A stretch of DNA of 64,000 nucleotides, taken from the NCBI GenBank assembly GCA_024137785.1, contig JAHRHZ010000085.1, forward strand, positions 2,170,279 through 2,234,278. The letters are read 5' to 3'. A program made the position numbers and the translations under genes. Each line of letters begins with the position of its first letter. The first letter of the stretch is position 1. This DNA comes from Ginglymostoma cirratum (lineage: Eukaryota). The notes below the pieces were generated by a model. That model ran no database searches, was not told where the DNA came from, and saw only the letters and a list, made by a program, of their open reading frames with translations. Below are positions 25,752-38,189 of this stretch, piece by piece.

Positions 25752-26905
25752 GAGATAGTAGGAACTACCGATGCTGGAGAATCTGAGATAAAACGTTGTG
25801 GAGCTGGATGAACACAGCAGGCCAAGCAGCATCAGAGGAGCAGAAAAGTTGACATTTGGGGTCGACAACCTTCTTCAGAAATGGGGGAGGGGAAGGGGAT
25901 TCTGAAATAAATAGGGAGAGAGGGGGAGGAGGATAGAAGATGGAAAAAGGAGAAGATAGGTTGAGAGGAGACAGACAGGTCAAAGAGGCGGGGTTAGAAC
26001 CAGTGAAGGTGAATGTAGGTGGGGATTTAGGTGGGGGATAGGTCAGTCCAGGGAGGGTGGACAGGTCAAGGGGGCTGGATGAGGTGAGTGTGTAGGAGAT
26101 GGGGGTGGGGCTTGAGGTGGGAGGAATGGTTAGGGAGGTGGGGACTAGCTGGGCTGGTTTTGGGATGTCGTCGGGGGAAGAGAGATTTTGAAGCTTGCAA
26201 AGCGGTCCCCAAGCCTCAACTAGGTTTTCCTCTGCTTGACTTGGGGACCGCTTTGCAGAACACCTCCGCTTCGTTCGCAACGAAAAACTGCACCTCCCAG
26301 TCGTGAACCATTTCAACTCCCCTTCCCATTCCTTCGACGACATGACCATCCTGGTCCTCCTGCAGTGCCACAATGAACAGTGCAGGAACAGCACCTCATA
26401 TTCCACTTGGGAACTCTGCAGCCCAATGGTATCAATGTGGACTTCACAAGCTTCAAAATCTCCCCTCCCCCAACCGCATCCCAAAACCAGCTTGTTCCCG
26501 CCTGCCTAACCTGCCCTTCCTCCCACCTATCCCCTCCTCCCACCTGCAGCCCCACTCCCATCTCCTACTAGCCTCATCCCGCCCCGTTGGCCTGTCCATC
26601 CTCCCTGGACTGACCTATCCCCTCCCTAACTCCCCACTTACACTGTCCTTTACTGGCTCCACCCCCGCCTGTTTGACCTGTCTGTCTCCTCTCCACCTGT
26701 CTTGTCCTTTATCCATCTTCTATCCACCTCCTCCTCTCTCCCTATTTATTTCAGAATCCCCTTCCCCTACCCCATTTCTGAAGAAGGGTCTAGGCCTGAA
26801 ACGTCAGCTTTCCTGCTCCCCTGATGCTGCTTGGCCTGCTGTGTTTAGACAGCTCTACACCTTGTTATCTCAGATTCTCCAGCATCTGCAATTCCTACTA
26901 TCGCT
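25752..26905 (+). mobile_element. Penelope-like element (second family) with ~440-bp inverted arms
   Basis: GIY-YIG C-terminus LGDRFAEHLR..HFNSPSHS..IFHLGTLQPNGIN. The left arm is the reverse complement of ~26450-26905. Hammerhead core at 26778. Confidence 0.85.
26778..26805 (+). ncRNA. Minimal type I hammerhead ribozyme core in a Penelope terminal repeat
   Basis: CUGAAGA-AGGGUCUAGGCCU-GAAAC-GUC. Confidence 0.6.
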
Positions 26906-27099
26906 TGTGTGAAAGATGTGGCCCCGCATGTCCCTTCTAAATCTTTCTCCTCTCAGCTTAAAACTAGAACCCCGAAGTTTGAACTAGTTGCTCTGAGAGA
27001 AAAGACCTTTACTATTCACCTTATCTCTGCCCCTCATGATTTTATAAACATCTATAACGTCTCCCCTCAGCCTCCTATTCTCCAGTGAAAAATTCATTC

Positions 27100-30000
27100 A
27101 TGGGTATGGAATTTGGCTGTCATTCCATTCTCTGTGACTCTGTGTACTTGTGTATCCTGAAGTCCACCTTGGAGGATGCTTACCTGAAGATTGGAGGCTG
27201 AACGCTCTTGACTGCTGAAGTGTTCCCTGATATTTGCGCCATTCCATTCATCTGTTTCTGTAATGTCTGCATGGCCTTGTCAATATACCATGCCTCGGGG
27301 CAAACGTGTCCGCAGGGTATGGGATAGACAACAATGGCCGAGTCACATGAGTATCTGCCATGGATGTGATTGGTGGTGTTCCGACATGTGACAAGATGCT
27401 ATTTGTCATCAAGGAACAGCTTGATAGTCAAGGACAGTATAACGGTGGCTGAAAGAACTTTTGACGAGGACTCGTCGACTGAGGTGGTATGGGCTGAGGT
27501 CAGAAACAGGAGAGGAGAGGTCACACTGCTGGGAGTTTTTTATAGGCCTCCGCAAAGTTCCAGGGATGTGGCGGAGAGGATTGGCAAAACAATTCTGGGC
27601 AGGAGTGAAAGGAACAGGGTGGTCATTACGGGAGACTTTAACTTCCCCAACATTGACTGGAAATGCTATAACTCTAGTACGTCGGATGGATCGGTTTTTG
27701 TCCAATGTGTGCAGGAGGGTTTCCTGAAACAGTATGTCGAAGGGCCAACAAGAGGGGAGGCCACACTGGATCTGGTACTTGGTAATGAACCAGGCCAGGT
27801 GTTTGATTTAGTGGTAGGTGAGCACTTTGGAGAGAGTGACCATAATTTGGTTACGTTTAGGTTAGCAATGGAAAGGGATAGGAACAGACCACTGGGCAAG
27901 AGTTATAGATGGGGGAAGGGCAATTATAATGCGATCAGGCAAGGCTTAGGAGGGATAGAATGGGGTAGCAAAATGCAGGGGATGGGGACAATTGAAATGT
28001 GGAGCTGGTTTAAGGAACAGATATTGCGTGTCCTTGATAGGTATGTCCCTGTCAGGCAGGGAGGAAGTGATAAGGTAAGGGAACCGTAGTTTACAAAAGA
28101 AACTGTATCTCTTGTTAAGCGGAAGAGGGAGGCTTCTATGACATTGAGACGAGATGGTTCAGATGAGGAGATGGAGAGTTACAGATTAGCTAGGAAGGAC
28201 TTAAAGAGAGAGTTGAGAAGAGCAACGAGGGGACATGAGCAGTCATTAGCAGGAAGAATTAAAGAGAGCCCAAAAGCTTTCTATAGGTATGTGGGGAATA
28301 AAATGATGACTAGAGTAAGAATAGGGCCAGTCAAAGACAGACGTGGGAAGTTGTGTGTGGACCCTGTGGAGATCGGAGAGGTGCGAAACAAATATTTTTC
28401 ATCTGTTTTCACTCAGGAAAAGGAGAATATTGCAGAGGAGAGGACTGAGATACGGGCTATTACACTTGAAACGATTGAGTTTAGTAAGGAGGAGGTGCTA
28501 TCAATCCTCGAAGGTGTGAAGGTAGATAAATCCCCTGGGCCGGATGGGATTTTTCCGAGGAATCTCTGGGAAGCTAGGGAGGAGATGGCGGAGCCTTTGG
28601 CCATGATCTTTGAGTCGTCATTGGCTACAGGTTTAGTACCAGAGGACTGGAGGATTGCAAATGCTGTGCCCTTGTTCAAGAAGGGCAGTAGAGATGACCC
28701 AGGTAATTATAGACCAGTGAGCCTTACGTCTGTTGTCGGAAAAGTTTTGGAAAGGATTATAAGAGATAGGATTTATAATCATCTAGCAAGCAACAATTTG
28801 ATTGGAGATAGTCAACATGGATTCGTCAAGGGCAGGTTGTGTCTCACAAACCTCATTGAGTTTTTGAGAGGGTGACCAAGCATGTGGATGAGGGTAGGGC
28901 AGTTGACGTGGTGTACATGGACTTCAGTAAAGCCTTTGATAAGGTTCCACATGGTAGGCTATTGGAGGAAATGCGGAGGCATGGGATTGAGAGAGATTTA
29001 GCAGTTTGGATTAGAAACTGGCTTTCTGAGAGAAGGCAAAGAGTGGTGGTTGATGGAAAATATTCAGCCTGGAGTCCGGTTACTAGTGGTGTGCCACAAG
29101 GATCTGTTTTGGGACCACTGCTGTTTGTCATTTATATAAACGACTTGGACACAGACATAGGTGGATGGGTTAGTAAGTTTGCAGATGACACTAAAGTCGG
29201 TGGAGTGGTGGACAGTGTGGAAGAATGTTGCAGGTTGCAGGGAGACTTGGATAAACTGCAGAATTGGGCTGAAAAGTGGCAAATGGAGTTCAATGCAGGT
29301 AAATGTGAGGTGATTAACTTTGGGAAGAATAATAGGAATGCAGAATAGTGGGTCAATGGAAAGATTCTTGGTAGTGTGGATGTGCAGAGGGATCTTGGTG
29401 TCTCGGTACATAGATCCCCGAAAGTTGCCACCCAGGTTGATAGTGCTGTTAAGAAGGCATACAGTGTGTTAGGTTTCGTTGGTAGAGGGATTGAGTTGCA
29501 GAGCCGTGATGTCATGCTGCAACTGTACAAAACACTAATGCGGCCTCACTTGGAATATTGTGTACAGTTCTGGTCGCCCCATTACAGGAAGGGTGTGGAA
29601 GCATTGGAAAAGGTGCAGAGGAGATTTACCAGGATGTTGCCTGGTCTGGAGCGAAGGTCTTATGAGGAAAGGCTGAGGGACTTGGGTCTGTTCTCATTGG
29701 AGAGAAGAAGGCTAAGAGGGGATTTAATAGAGACATACAAAATGATCAGAGGATTAGATAGGGTGGACAGTGAGAGCCTTTTTCTTAGGATGATGACGTC
29801 GGCTATTACGAGGGGGCATAGCTGCAAATTGAGGGGTGATAGATTTAAGACAGATGTCAGAGGCAGGTTCTTTACTCACAGAGTGGTAAAGACGTGGAAT
29901 GCCCTGCCTGCCAATGTAGTTAACTCAGCCCCATTAGGGGCATTTAAACAGTCCTTGGATAAGCATATGGATGATGATGGGATATTGTAGGGGGTGGGCT

Positions 30001-31400
30001 TAGATTCGTTCACAGGTCGGCGCAGCATCGAGGGCTGAAGGGCCTGTTCTGCGCTGTATTGTTCTATGTTCTATCTATGTTGAAGGCTAAAAAGAACATG
30101 GCATAGTTTCTCATCTCTCGGGAAGTATTGGATGATGAAGGGTACCTGATCAGTCATTTCCTGTGTCTGTCTTCTGAGCAGGTTGTTGCTGTTTTTCACT
30201 GTGGCATGTTGGAACTGGAAACTGATGAATTCAGTATCGTATCCCATTCCTATGGGAGCGTCCTTCAAAAAATTTAGGTGTCCGTCGCTTTCGGCTTCAC
30301 CTGTTTGGAACCTGTTTAGCACAGGGCTTGACTGGGAAAGACTTTTTATATATGTTTAATGCAGAAGTTAGAGAAGTGCAGCTTTGTGAGGTTATCTGTG
30401 GGCTTGTGATAGAGTGAGGTATTGAGGTGTTTATCCTTGATGGAGATGCATGTGCTCAAGAATGGAACAGATCCTGAAGAGTAGTCTACGCTAAGCCTGT
30501 TGGTGGGATGACACTTGTTGATATTGCTATGTCATTGTATTAGTAATTCCTCGCCATGAGTCCACAGGACTCCGCCTCTGATCTTCAGGTAAATGTCCTC
30601 CCAGGCAGACTTCAGGATACACAACGACGCAGAATCACCAAGCAGAGACTGATAGCCAAGTTCTCTAGCCAAGAGGCCAGCCTTAACAGGGATCTTAGGT
30701 TCATGTTGCGCTACAGATGAAACGTCTGACACTGTTCTGCAGGTCTGTATCTGTAAAATCTTATTTACTGTCCTGTTTGACAGCATCACCTCTCTCAAAC
30801 ACACACATGGACACACACACGCGGACACACACACACACAGACGCACATACCTATAGGATGAATCATTTCGTCCAAGCTGTTTGTCTGTTTTCAGATACTA
30901 ACTACTTTGTTCAAAAGCAATACAATTTGTAGTCACAGTCAGTCAGTGTGGCATTATAAAAAATTGCTACTTTCAGAAAAAAAACAGCCTGATTCCAGGT
31001 TATGGCTCGCAGACAGATTGTGAACGTGTCCCCACACCTTCTATTCAGTGCCTGAACTAAGATATCGCCTTTTGTATCTCTGCCTGATTGAAGTTTAGAA
31101 AGTTAGGCAAACACTGATGAAACCTTTAATTATCTCAGGGCAGTGACTTGAAACGAATTCTGGAATATGCATCTTAATCAACCGAAACTTGGGTCTCCTT
31201 TCTAACAGAGTTCTTCGTCAGCCATTTCACATGTGTTCAATCAACTCACACAAGTTGTATGATCCTTTGATCTCTCTTCCTATAAACTCTGTGCCTGTGT
31301 GCGCTCCCTCACTGCACTGGATAATGGAACGGTGCTGCGGAACCTTGTGATTTCAAATAAAACTGTTGGACTATAACCAAGTGTCATGTGATTTTAGATA
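27100..31400. mobile_element. Penelope-like element (same family as 6735-9340) split by a CR1 insertion
   Basis: Minus-strand EN/RT fragments at 27100-27390 and 30075-30560, and a plus-strand terminal repeat at 30560-31400. Confidence 0.72.
27395..30072 (+). mobile_element. 5'-truncated, well-preserved CR1 LINE (endonuclease part plus RT)
   Basis: GDFNFP, SDH, KSPGPDG, NYRPVSLTS, YMDFSKAFDKVPH, GVPQGSVLGP and FADD are present, broken by two stops and one frameshift. Ends in (tgttcta)n. Confidence 0.95.
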
Positions 31401-32649
31401 TTAACTCTATTTTTTGATCCACAGAACTGCCAGACCTGCTGAGTTTCTCTAGCGATTTTTGTTGTTATTTGTTTCAATTTTCCACATTGTCTGATAGAAT
31501 CCAGTAATGCAGCTCTACATGAACAGCTTGGTTCAGCATCCCACCATATCTGGAGCACACCTCTTCAGTACTATAGCTGGACTGCTGTCAGAGCCAATAA
31601 CCTTTACAACATTAGTGTTATCATGTAGACTGATTTGAATCAGCTGGAGACTGGCATTAGTGATGTTTAGGGTCTTTGGAGGAGGCCGATATGCTCATCC
31701 ACTCAGCACTTCTGGCTGAGGTTTACTGCAATAAATTCATCCTCACCTTTTGCCGTAATGTGTTGGGCTCCCAAATCATTAAGAGTAAGAATATTTGTGG
31801 AGTCTCCTATTACAGTAAGTTATTTCATTGTTCAACACCTCTCACAATTAAATATCGTTGTTCTGAGCACTGCACCTGAACTGTTTGCATTGAAGTTAAC
31901 TAACCAGGTCTATCTGTTGTTGCATATACCATTTGTCACACATGAAGTCCTGGCTGTCACAGACTAATTAGTACAGTTTAAGAATGTAAGTGACGAACTC
32001 TGTGATATTTCACAGCAAGTAGTTGAAAGCTATCGTAAAGATGGCTAAAAATTTAGTTTTGTAATATCAGAGGAGCATTGTAGCACATCGCCGTCTGTGC
32101 CTCACCTGAGTTTATCCAGAATTGACCTAAGTCTAGCTGTATAATTTCCTTAAAGAATCAGTCAATTCATAACTTCGGCTGATTCTCCAGATTGTTTGAT
32201 AAACACTTCTCTTTGCATTTTTTTTTAACCATGCGAAAATTGACTTTTCAAATCAATCTAACTGCTCAAGATGGATATGTTGCCAACAATGCCGGGAGTA
32301 AAATAGAAGACTACATTAAAATCCATATTGGATTCCACTCGAACATTTTGACAATCAAGACACACTTTGATACATTGAATCCTTACTCTCGGTTTCGATC
32401 TTTATTTTGAATCTGAAGAGATATGTCTTCATCTATATCTGTTATGTACCCACATGTATCGATCTTTATTTAAAGCTGACTATTGCCTTCATGGCTACTT
32501 GAAACAGAAACTATTTTACTTCCAATTACCCAATTTACTGTCAAAGATGGGAACAGTTCACTGATCTACTCGATCCAGGCCTTCCATTATGTTGAACATT
32601 CTATCAGATCCCTTCTTGATCCATTTCTCTGCAGGAAGAACAATCCCAA

Positions 32650-34140
32650 ACTCTCCAACCTCTTCCCTGCCCAGCTCTCACCTCTTTCTCTCTTCCTTGA
32701 CTTCTTGTCCTCTCACTCTCCCTTACCCTTTCTCCTTCCTATATCCACTCTGCCACCCCCACACGCTGTCCCTTCAATCCTTTCTCCCACTCTCCCTTCT
32801 GCATTTCTCTTTCTTGCTCTCTCTCTTTCCCTGCAACCCACTGTCTCTCCCTCGCCAGGTACTGTCTCTTCCCCAGTCTGCGCTCTCATTTGATCTCTCT
32901 GTCTCTAACCCCCACCATCTTACTGCACTGGTCCCCTCTCAACCGAATGTGCGCTTATTCTCTCTCACCAATATTTCTCTTCCCATCCATTGCACTTCCT
33001 CCACCTCACCTTCACCCCTTCTACTTCCTTTATCTTCTGCCCAGCCATCTGTCTCTACCTCACATTCATCATGTCTGTCCCATTTACTCTTCTCCTGACC
33101 ACCTCGCTCTTTCTTTCTCCCCCGATGCTACCCAACAGTCATACTTTCTGTCTCATGAGCTCCCTCCACAACTCCCCATCCTCTCTGCCCCAAGTTCCTG
33201 TACACTCTCACACGCATCCTTGTTCAACTACTCCCCCTGCTTCTCTTAGCCAGTTCTTACTCCTCCTCCATCTCTCTTATTCTCTATTCATCACTCTATC
33301 CCTCTCTTCTTCCTGGTACTCTTCCTGTTGCACTCTTTATCTTCCTGTCCACTCCCACACCCTCTCCCTGTAACTTTCACTCTTTCTCTGTTGCTTCACC
33401 ACTTCCTTCCACTCTCCTCTAATCCTCAGTTTTCCCCTCTCTCTCCCTCATTCTATCCATCTCCTCTGCTCTCTCTTCTTCCCCATCACCCTACCCGTCA
33501 CACTCCATCATCTGAACTCTCCCCCTCTTTTCATTATGCCATCACTCTATCCCTCTATCTTGCCTTCACCTCCCACAATCTCTAATCCTACCTTTGTCTT
33601 CCCTTCTCCCTCTCTCTCTCTCTCCTCTTCCCTTTCTCACTTCTCTCTCTCTCTCACCATCTCTCATTCTTTTTCACCCATTCCCCTCTCCCTTGGCCCA
33701 TCCCTCACTCTCCCCAGTGCTCTCTTCCCCTCTCACTGCTGTCCTTCTCTCTGACTCCCTTGCTGCTTCCTTCTATCCCTTCCCTCGCATTTCCTACTGC
33801 AGGATCACTCTTTCTGTCTCTCACAAACTTCCCCCCCCAAACCTACTCCTATCTCTCTACACCCTTTCCAAACTTCATTCGCTCCCTGCCCCTTTCTGCC
33901 TCTATCCTTTCCTTGTCGCTTTATCCCACTACATATTTCTCTAACTTATCTAACTCACCGCCTCCCTGACCTTGCTCGTCTCCCTACCCGTTGCTCTCAA
34001 GATCTATGTGCTTTGACCTGTTTTGCTCCCTCTCAAAATATTCTTCTCACTCTGTCAAACTCATCACATTGCTCGCCCTGAACTCTCCCTCACCCTTCCC
34101 CCATCCCCCCATGCATGTACAACATCCCTGCCACAGCTCT
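32650..34140. repeat. ~1.5-kb pyrimidine-rich (C/T) low-complexity tract
   Basis: Strong C+T bias on the + strand; the S/L/P-rich ORFs here are compositional artefacts. Confidence 0.9.
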
Positions 34141-34149
34141 CTCATTTCA

Positions 34150-35960
34150 ATTTTGTAAAGGGAGATTCCAAGAGTTTTTTTCAGATATTGAAAAGGAAAG
34201 AAAATGGCTATTGTGTTGGACTCCTGGAAAATGAGGCTGGAGAATTGTGTAGCAAGAAATGGGGGAGGAACTGCATCGGTACTTTGCCTCTGTCTTCACA
34301 GTGGAAGACCCCAGCAGCATAGCAGTATTTCAAGAGAGTGAGGCAGCAGAGAAGAGTGTAATGGAGGTCAATAAGGAGAAGGTGCTGGGCAAGCTGAAAG
34401 CTCTGAAGTTGAATAAATCAAGCAGACCAAATGGACTACATCCTGGGTTCTGAAGGAAATAGATGAGGAGAGTATAGGTGCATTGGAAGTGATCTTTGAG
34501 GATCCACTGGAGCTAGGAAGGGTCCCAGAGGATGTGAAAATCGTTCATGGAGCCCACCTGTTTAAGAAGTGAGATAGGCAGAAGATTGGAAACTATCAGC
34601 CAGTTAGCCTAGCCTCGGTTGTTGGTAAAATTGTCGCGAGCATTATTAAGGATGAGATTGTGGAGTATTTGGGAGTGCATTGTAAAATAGGGCTGAGTCA
34701 GCATGGTTTCATCAATGAGAGTTCATGCCTGACAGATCTGTTAGAATTTTTCATGGAGGTAACAAGCAAGTGAGACAAAGGAGAGCCAGTGGAACTGATC
34801 TATCTGAGTTTCCAGAAGGCCTTTGACAAGGTACAGCACAGGAAGCTGCTAAATAAAAGCCCATGGTGTTTGGGTAAGATTCTAGCATAAATAACAGATG
34901 GGTTGACTGGCAGAAGGCAGATAGTGGTGATAAAGGGGGCTTCTTTAGAGAATGGCAGCTAGTCACTAATGGACTTCTGCAGTAGTCAGTGTTTGGAACA
35001 CATCTATTCATGTTATGTATTAACAGTCTGGACAAAGGAATTGAGGGAGTTGCTGGTACATTTGCAGATAGCACAAAGATAAGTGGAAGGGCGGGCAGTG
35101 CTGAGGAAGTGGGGAGGCTGTAGAAGGACTTGAACATGCTAGCAAGTGGTCAAGGAAGTGGCAGATGGAGTACAATGTGGGAAAGTGTGAGGGTTTGCAC
35201 ATTGATGGGAAGATTAGAAGCATAGACTGTTTTGTAAATGGTGAAATGCTTCAGAAATCTGAAGCACAAAGGGACTTGGGAGACCTAGGTCAGGACTCTC
35301 AAGGTTAACATGCAGGTTCAGTTGGTGGTCTAGGGAGTCAACTGCACTGTTTGCAATCATTTCAAGATGGGTAGAAGACAAGAGCAGATACTGTATGAGG
35401 TTTGGTCAGGCCATAGTTGGAATATTGTTAGCAGATTTGGACCTTGTATCCAAGGATGGTTATGATGGCACTGGAGTGATTCCACAGGAGGTGTACATGA
35501 ATTATCCCAGGGATGAAGGGCTTGCCATAAGAGGAGCAGCTGAGGACGCTGTGTCTATATTCACTGGAATTTAGAAGGATGAAGGGGATTTCATTGAACT
35601 TTACAGAATACTGAGAGGTCTAGATAGAATGGATGTGGAGAAGTTGTGTTCACTTGTAGGAGAAGCTAGGACCCAAAGCCACAGTCAAAATTGAAGGGAC
35701 GACTCTTTGGAAGTGAGATGAGGAGGAATTTCCTCAGCAAAGCGCAATTAACCTGTGGAACTCATTGATGCAGACTGATGTGGAAGCCAACCCATTCAGT
35801 GCATTTAACCAAGCGATAGATAAGTTCTTAATTGGTAATGGGATCAGGGGTTACAGGAAGAAGGCAGGATATTGGGGTCAAGAAATATATCAGCCACAAT
35901 TGAATGGCAGAGCAGACTCAATGAGCCAAATAGTCTAATTCTGCATCTGTATCTTTTGGT
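34150..35960 (+). mobile_element. Decayed CR1 LINE fragment
   Basis: Degenerate RT and 3' end motifs (FQKAFDKV, FAD, RRNF). Confidence 0.8.
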
Positions 35961-36674
35961 CATACTGTCTCATGGAGTTTTTACAACAATTCACAGGGTT
36001 GCCTGAGGGCTAGTTTTTATCTCCAAAATTTACTGAATGCAAATTTCACCAACCCATAGTTTGATTTGAACCCATGTCCCCAGAACATTGACCTGGAATT
36101 CTCAATTCTTTATCCAGTGACATTACCATTGTGCCTCCACCTCTAGTTAGACCACACGTAGTGGACAACAATTTTGTTCACTTATCTGAGGAAATATGCA
36201 CTGACATTGGACGCTGGCTGAAGAAAGTTCATTGTGTTAATCATGACATGGAGGAATGTTCTAATGAGGAGAGCTTGAATAGGTTGGGCCTGTCCTCATT
36301 ACAATTTTAGGAATGAGAGGCAAACTTCTTCAATCATACAATACCTCAAGGGGCTTGGAGCATTTATGCAGAAAGGTTGTGTACCCCTGTGGGCGAGTCC
36401 AGGACCAGAGGGCATAATCTCAGACTTGAGTGGTTGCCTATGTACAACAAAGTTGAAAGGAAATTTCTTCCCATGAGGTTAGTGAATCAATGGAGTTTCT
36501 TTAACATTGACAGCTGTTGAGATTGGACCAAGCAGTATACTCAAGGCTACAATCAAAATATTTTTAATCAGAAGAGAATCAAGACCAATGCCTAAAAATG
36601 TCAGGAGAGTGGATTATCAGATCAACCACGATACCATTGAATGGCAATGGTATTGGGCCAAATGGAATTAAAAT

Positions 36675-37250
36675 TATAGAATTCCTACAATGCAGAAAGA
36701 AGCTATTTGCCCCATCGAGTCTGCACTGACTCTTCAAGGAACATCCTACCCAAACTCTTGCTCTATCCCCAGGTCCCTGCTTTTAACCATGTTTGATCCA
36801 TGTAGTCTACACAGCCCTGGACATTACAGACAATTCAGCATGGCCAATTCCCTTGATATGCCCATATTTGGACTGTGGGAGCAAACTGGAACACCTGACG
36901 AAAACCAACGCAGGCACAGAGATAATGAGCATAGTTCAGTTCAATTTCTGGTCAATGGTAAACCCCAAGGTGTTGCTCGTGAGGGACGCAATGATGGAAA
37001 TGACATTGAAATGACATGGGGCAATGGTTAGATTATTTATTACTGGAGATGGCCATTGCCTGGCATTTGTGTGGTGCAAATGTTTCTTCCTATTTATTCG
37101 CTCAAAATGGATATTGTTGATGCCTTGCTGAATTTAGATATAGATTGCTTAGTACCAGATCAGTGAATGGTACTAAGACAGTCACCTCAGACTGAAATCT
37201 AACCCCGGTCCCTAGTGCTATGAGGAACAGTGTTAACCACTGAGCCATCA
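36675..37250 (-). mobile_element. tRNA-derived SINE interrupted by a 248-bp inverted copy of 39430-39677
   Basis: SINE halves flank 36929-37176. Confidence 0.75.
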
Positions 37251-38189
37251 AACCTACTTTTCCTATATTTTATGGTCTCTATCCTTGTGGAGATCAAGCT
37301 TTAATTTACTAATTCATCTTCCCCTGCTTTTTCTTCTCCTTACTTTCCATTTCAAGTTTTGTTCATTGATTTACATTTGCATTACTCCCATTGATCTTTC
37401 ACTCACCGCTCACTATCCACTTTTTCTTTCTCCTCTTTTTCCCTGTGTCCGTTCTCCTTCTACCTCATTTCTTTTTATTTTGCTTTGTCTTTCTCTATTA
37501 CATTTTTTTGTCATTTGTAGTTGTATCTTAGTTTCTTCCAGTTTTGACGTCAAAATTTCTGTTTCCTTTCTTCCATTTAGAAATATTGAATAATAATTTG
37601 AAATTCCACATCATTTCTTAATCCTGCTTCGACTCCCATCTCCAATTTATTGACGATCCTTCTTAGTTTAGCATTAGCCAAGTTTTTAGTTATCCACTGT
37701 TACATATTCCACTTCCACAAAACTCTTAACAGCATTCAAAATTCAAAGAATTGCTTTGCTATGGTGAGGTTTATTGATCAGAATAAACACACACCAGTTA
37801 TGAAGGAAAGATCCGTCTGATGCCCTTTGAGGCAGGAAGCTGCTGTGGTAATATTACCCGAGACCCACTGAAACATGTTTGATTGGAAGCACAGCATGAT
37901 TCAAACCCAGGTGCCCAAAATATTATTTTTTACTCCAGGTTACTATTCCAGGTAACACTACCGTCATCTCCCTGGTAATTGATATGATCAATCTGTTTCA
38001 GTCTGGGAGCTGACGTATTCAACAACATTACTGGGATTATAACAAATGATGGCACTTGTGGAATTGAACACCCTAATTTTTTAAAAAAGGGAATGTAGCC
38101 TTTGCGTTAAGAATACTCTCCAACGTGTTGTGTGATGCTATTATCCTTCAATAGGATTATTTGAACAGACCTAGCAGTTCAAGGCTGGG

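Noticed and set aside
32483-34322. Ser/Leu/Pro-rich ORFs
   Set aside because: Artefacts of the stop-poor pyrimidine tract.
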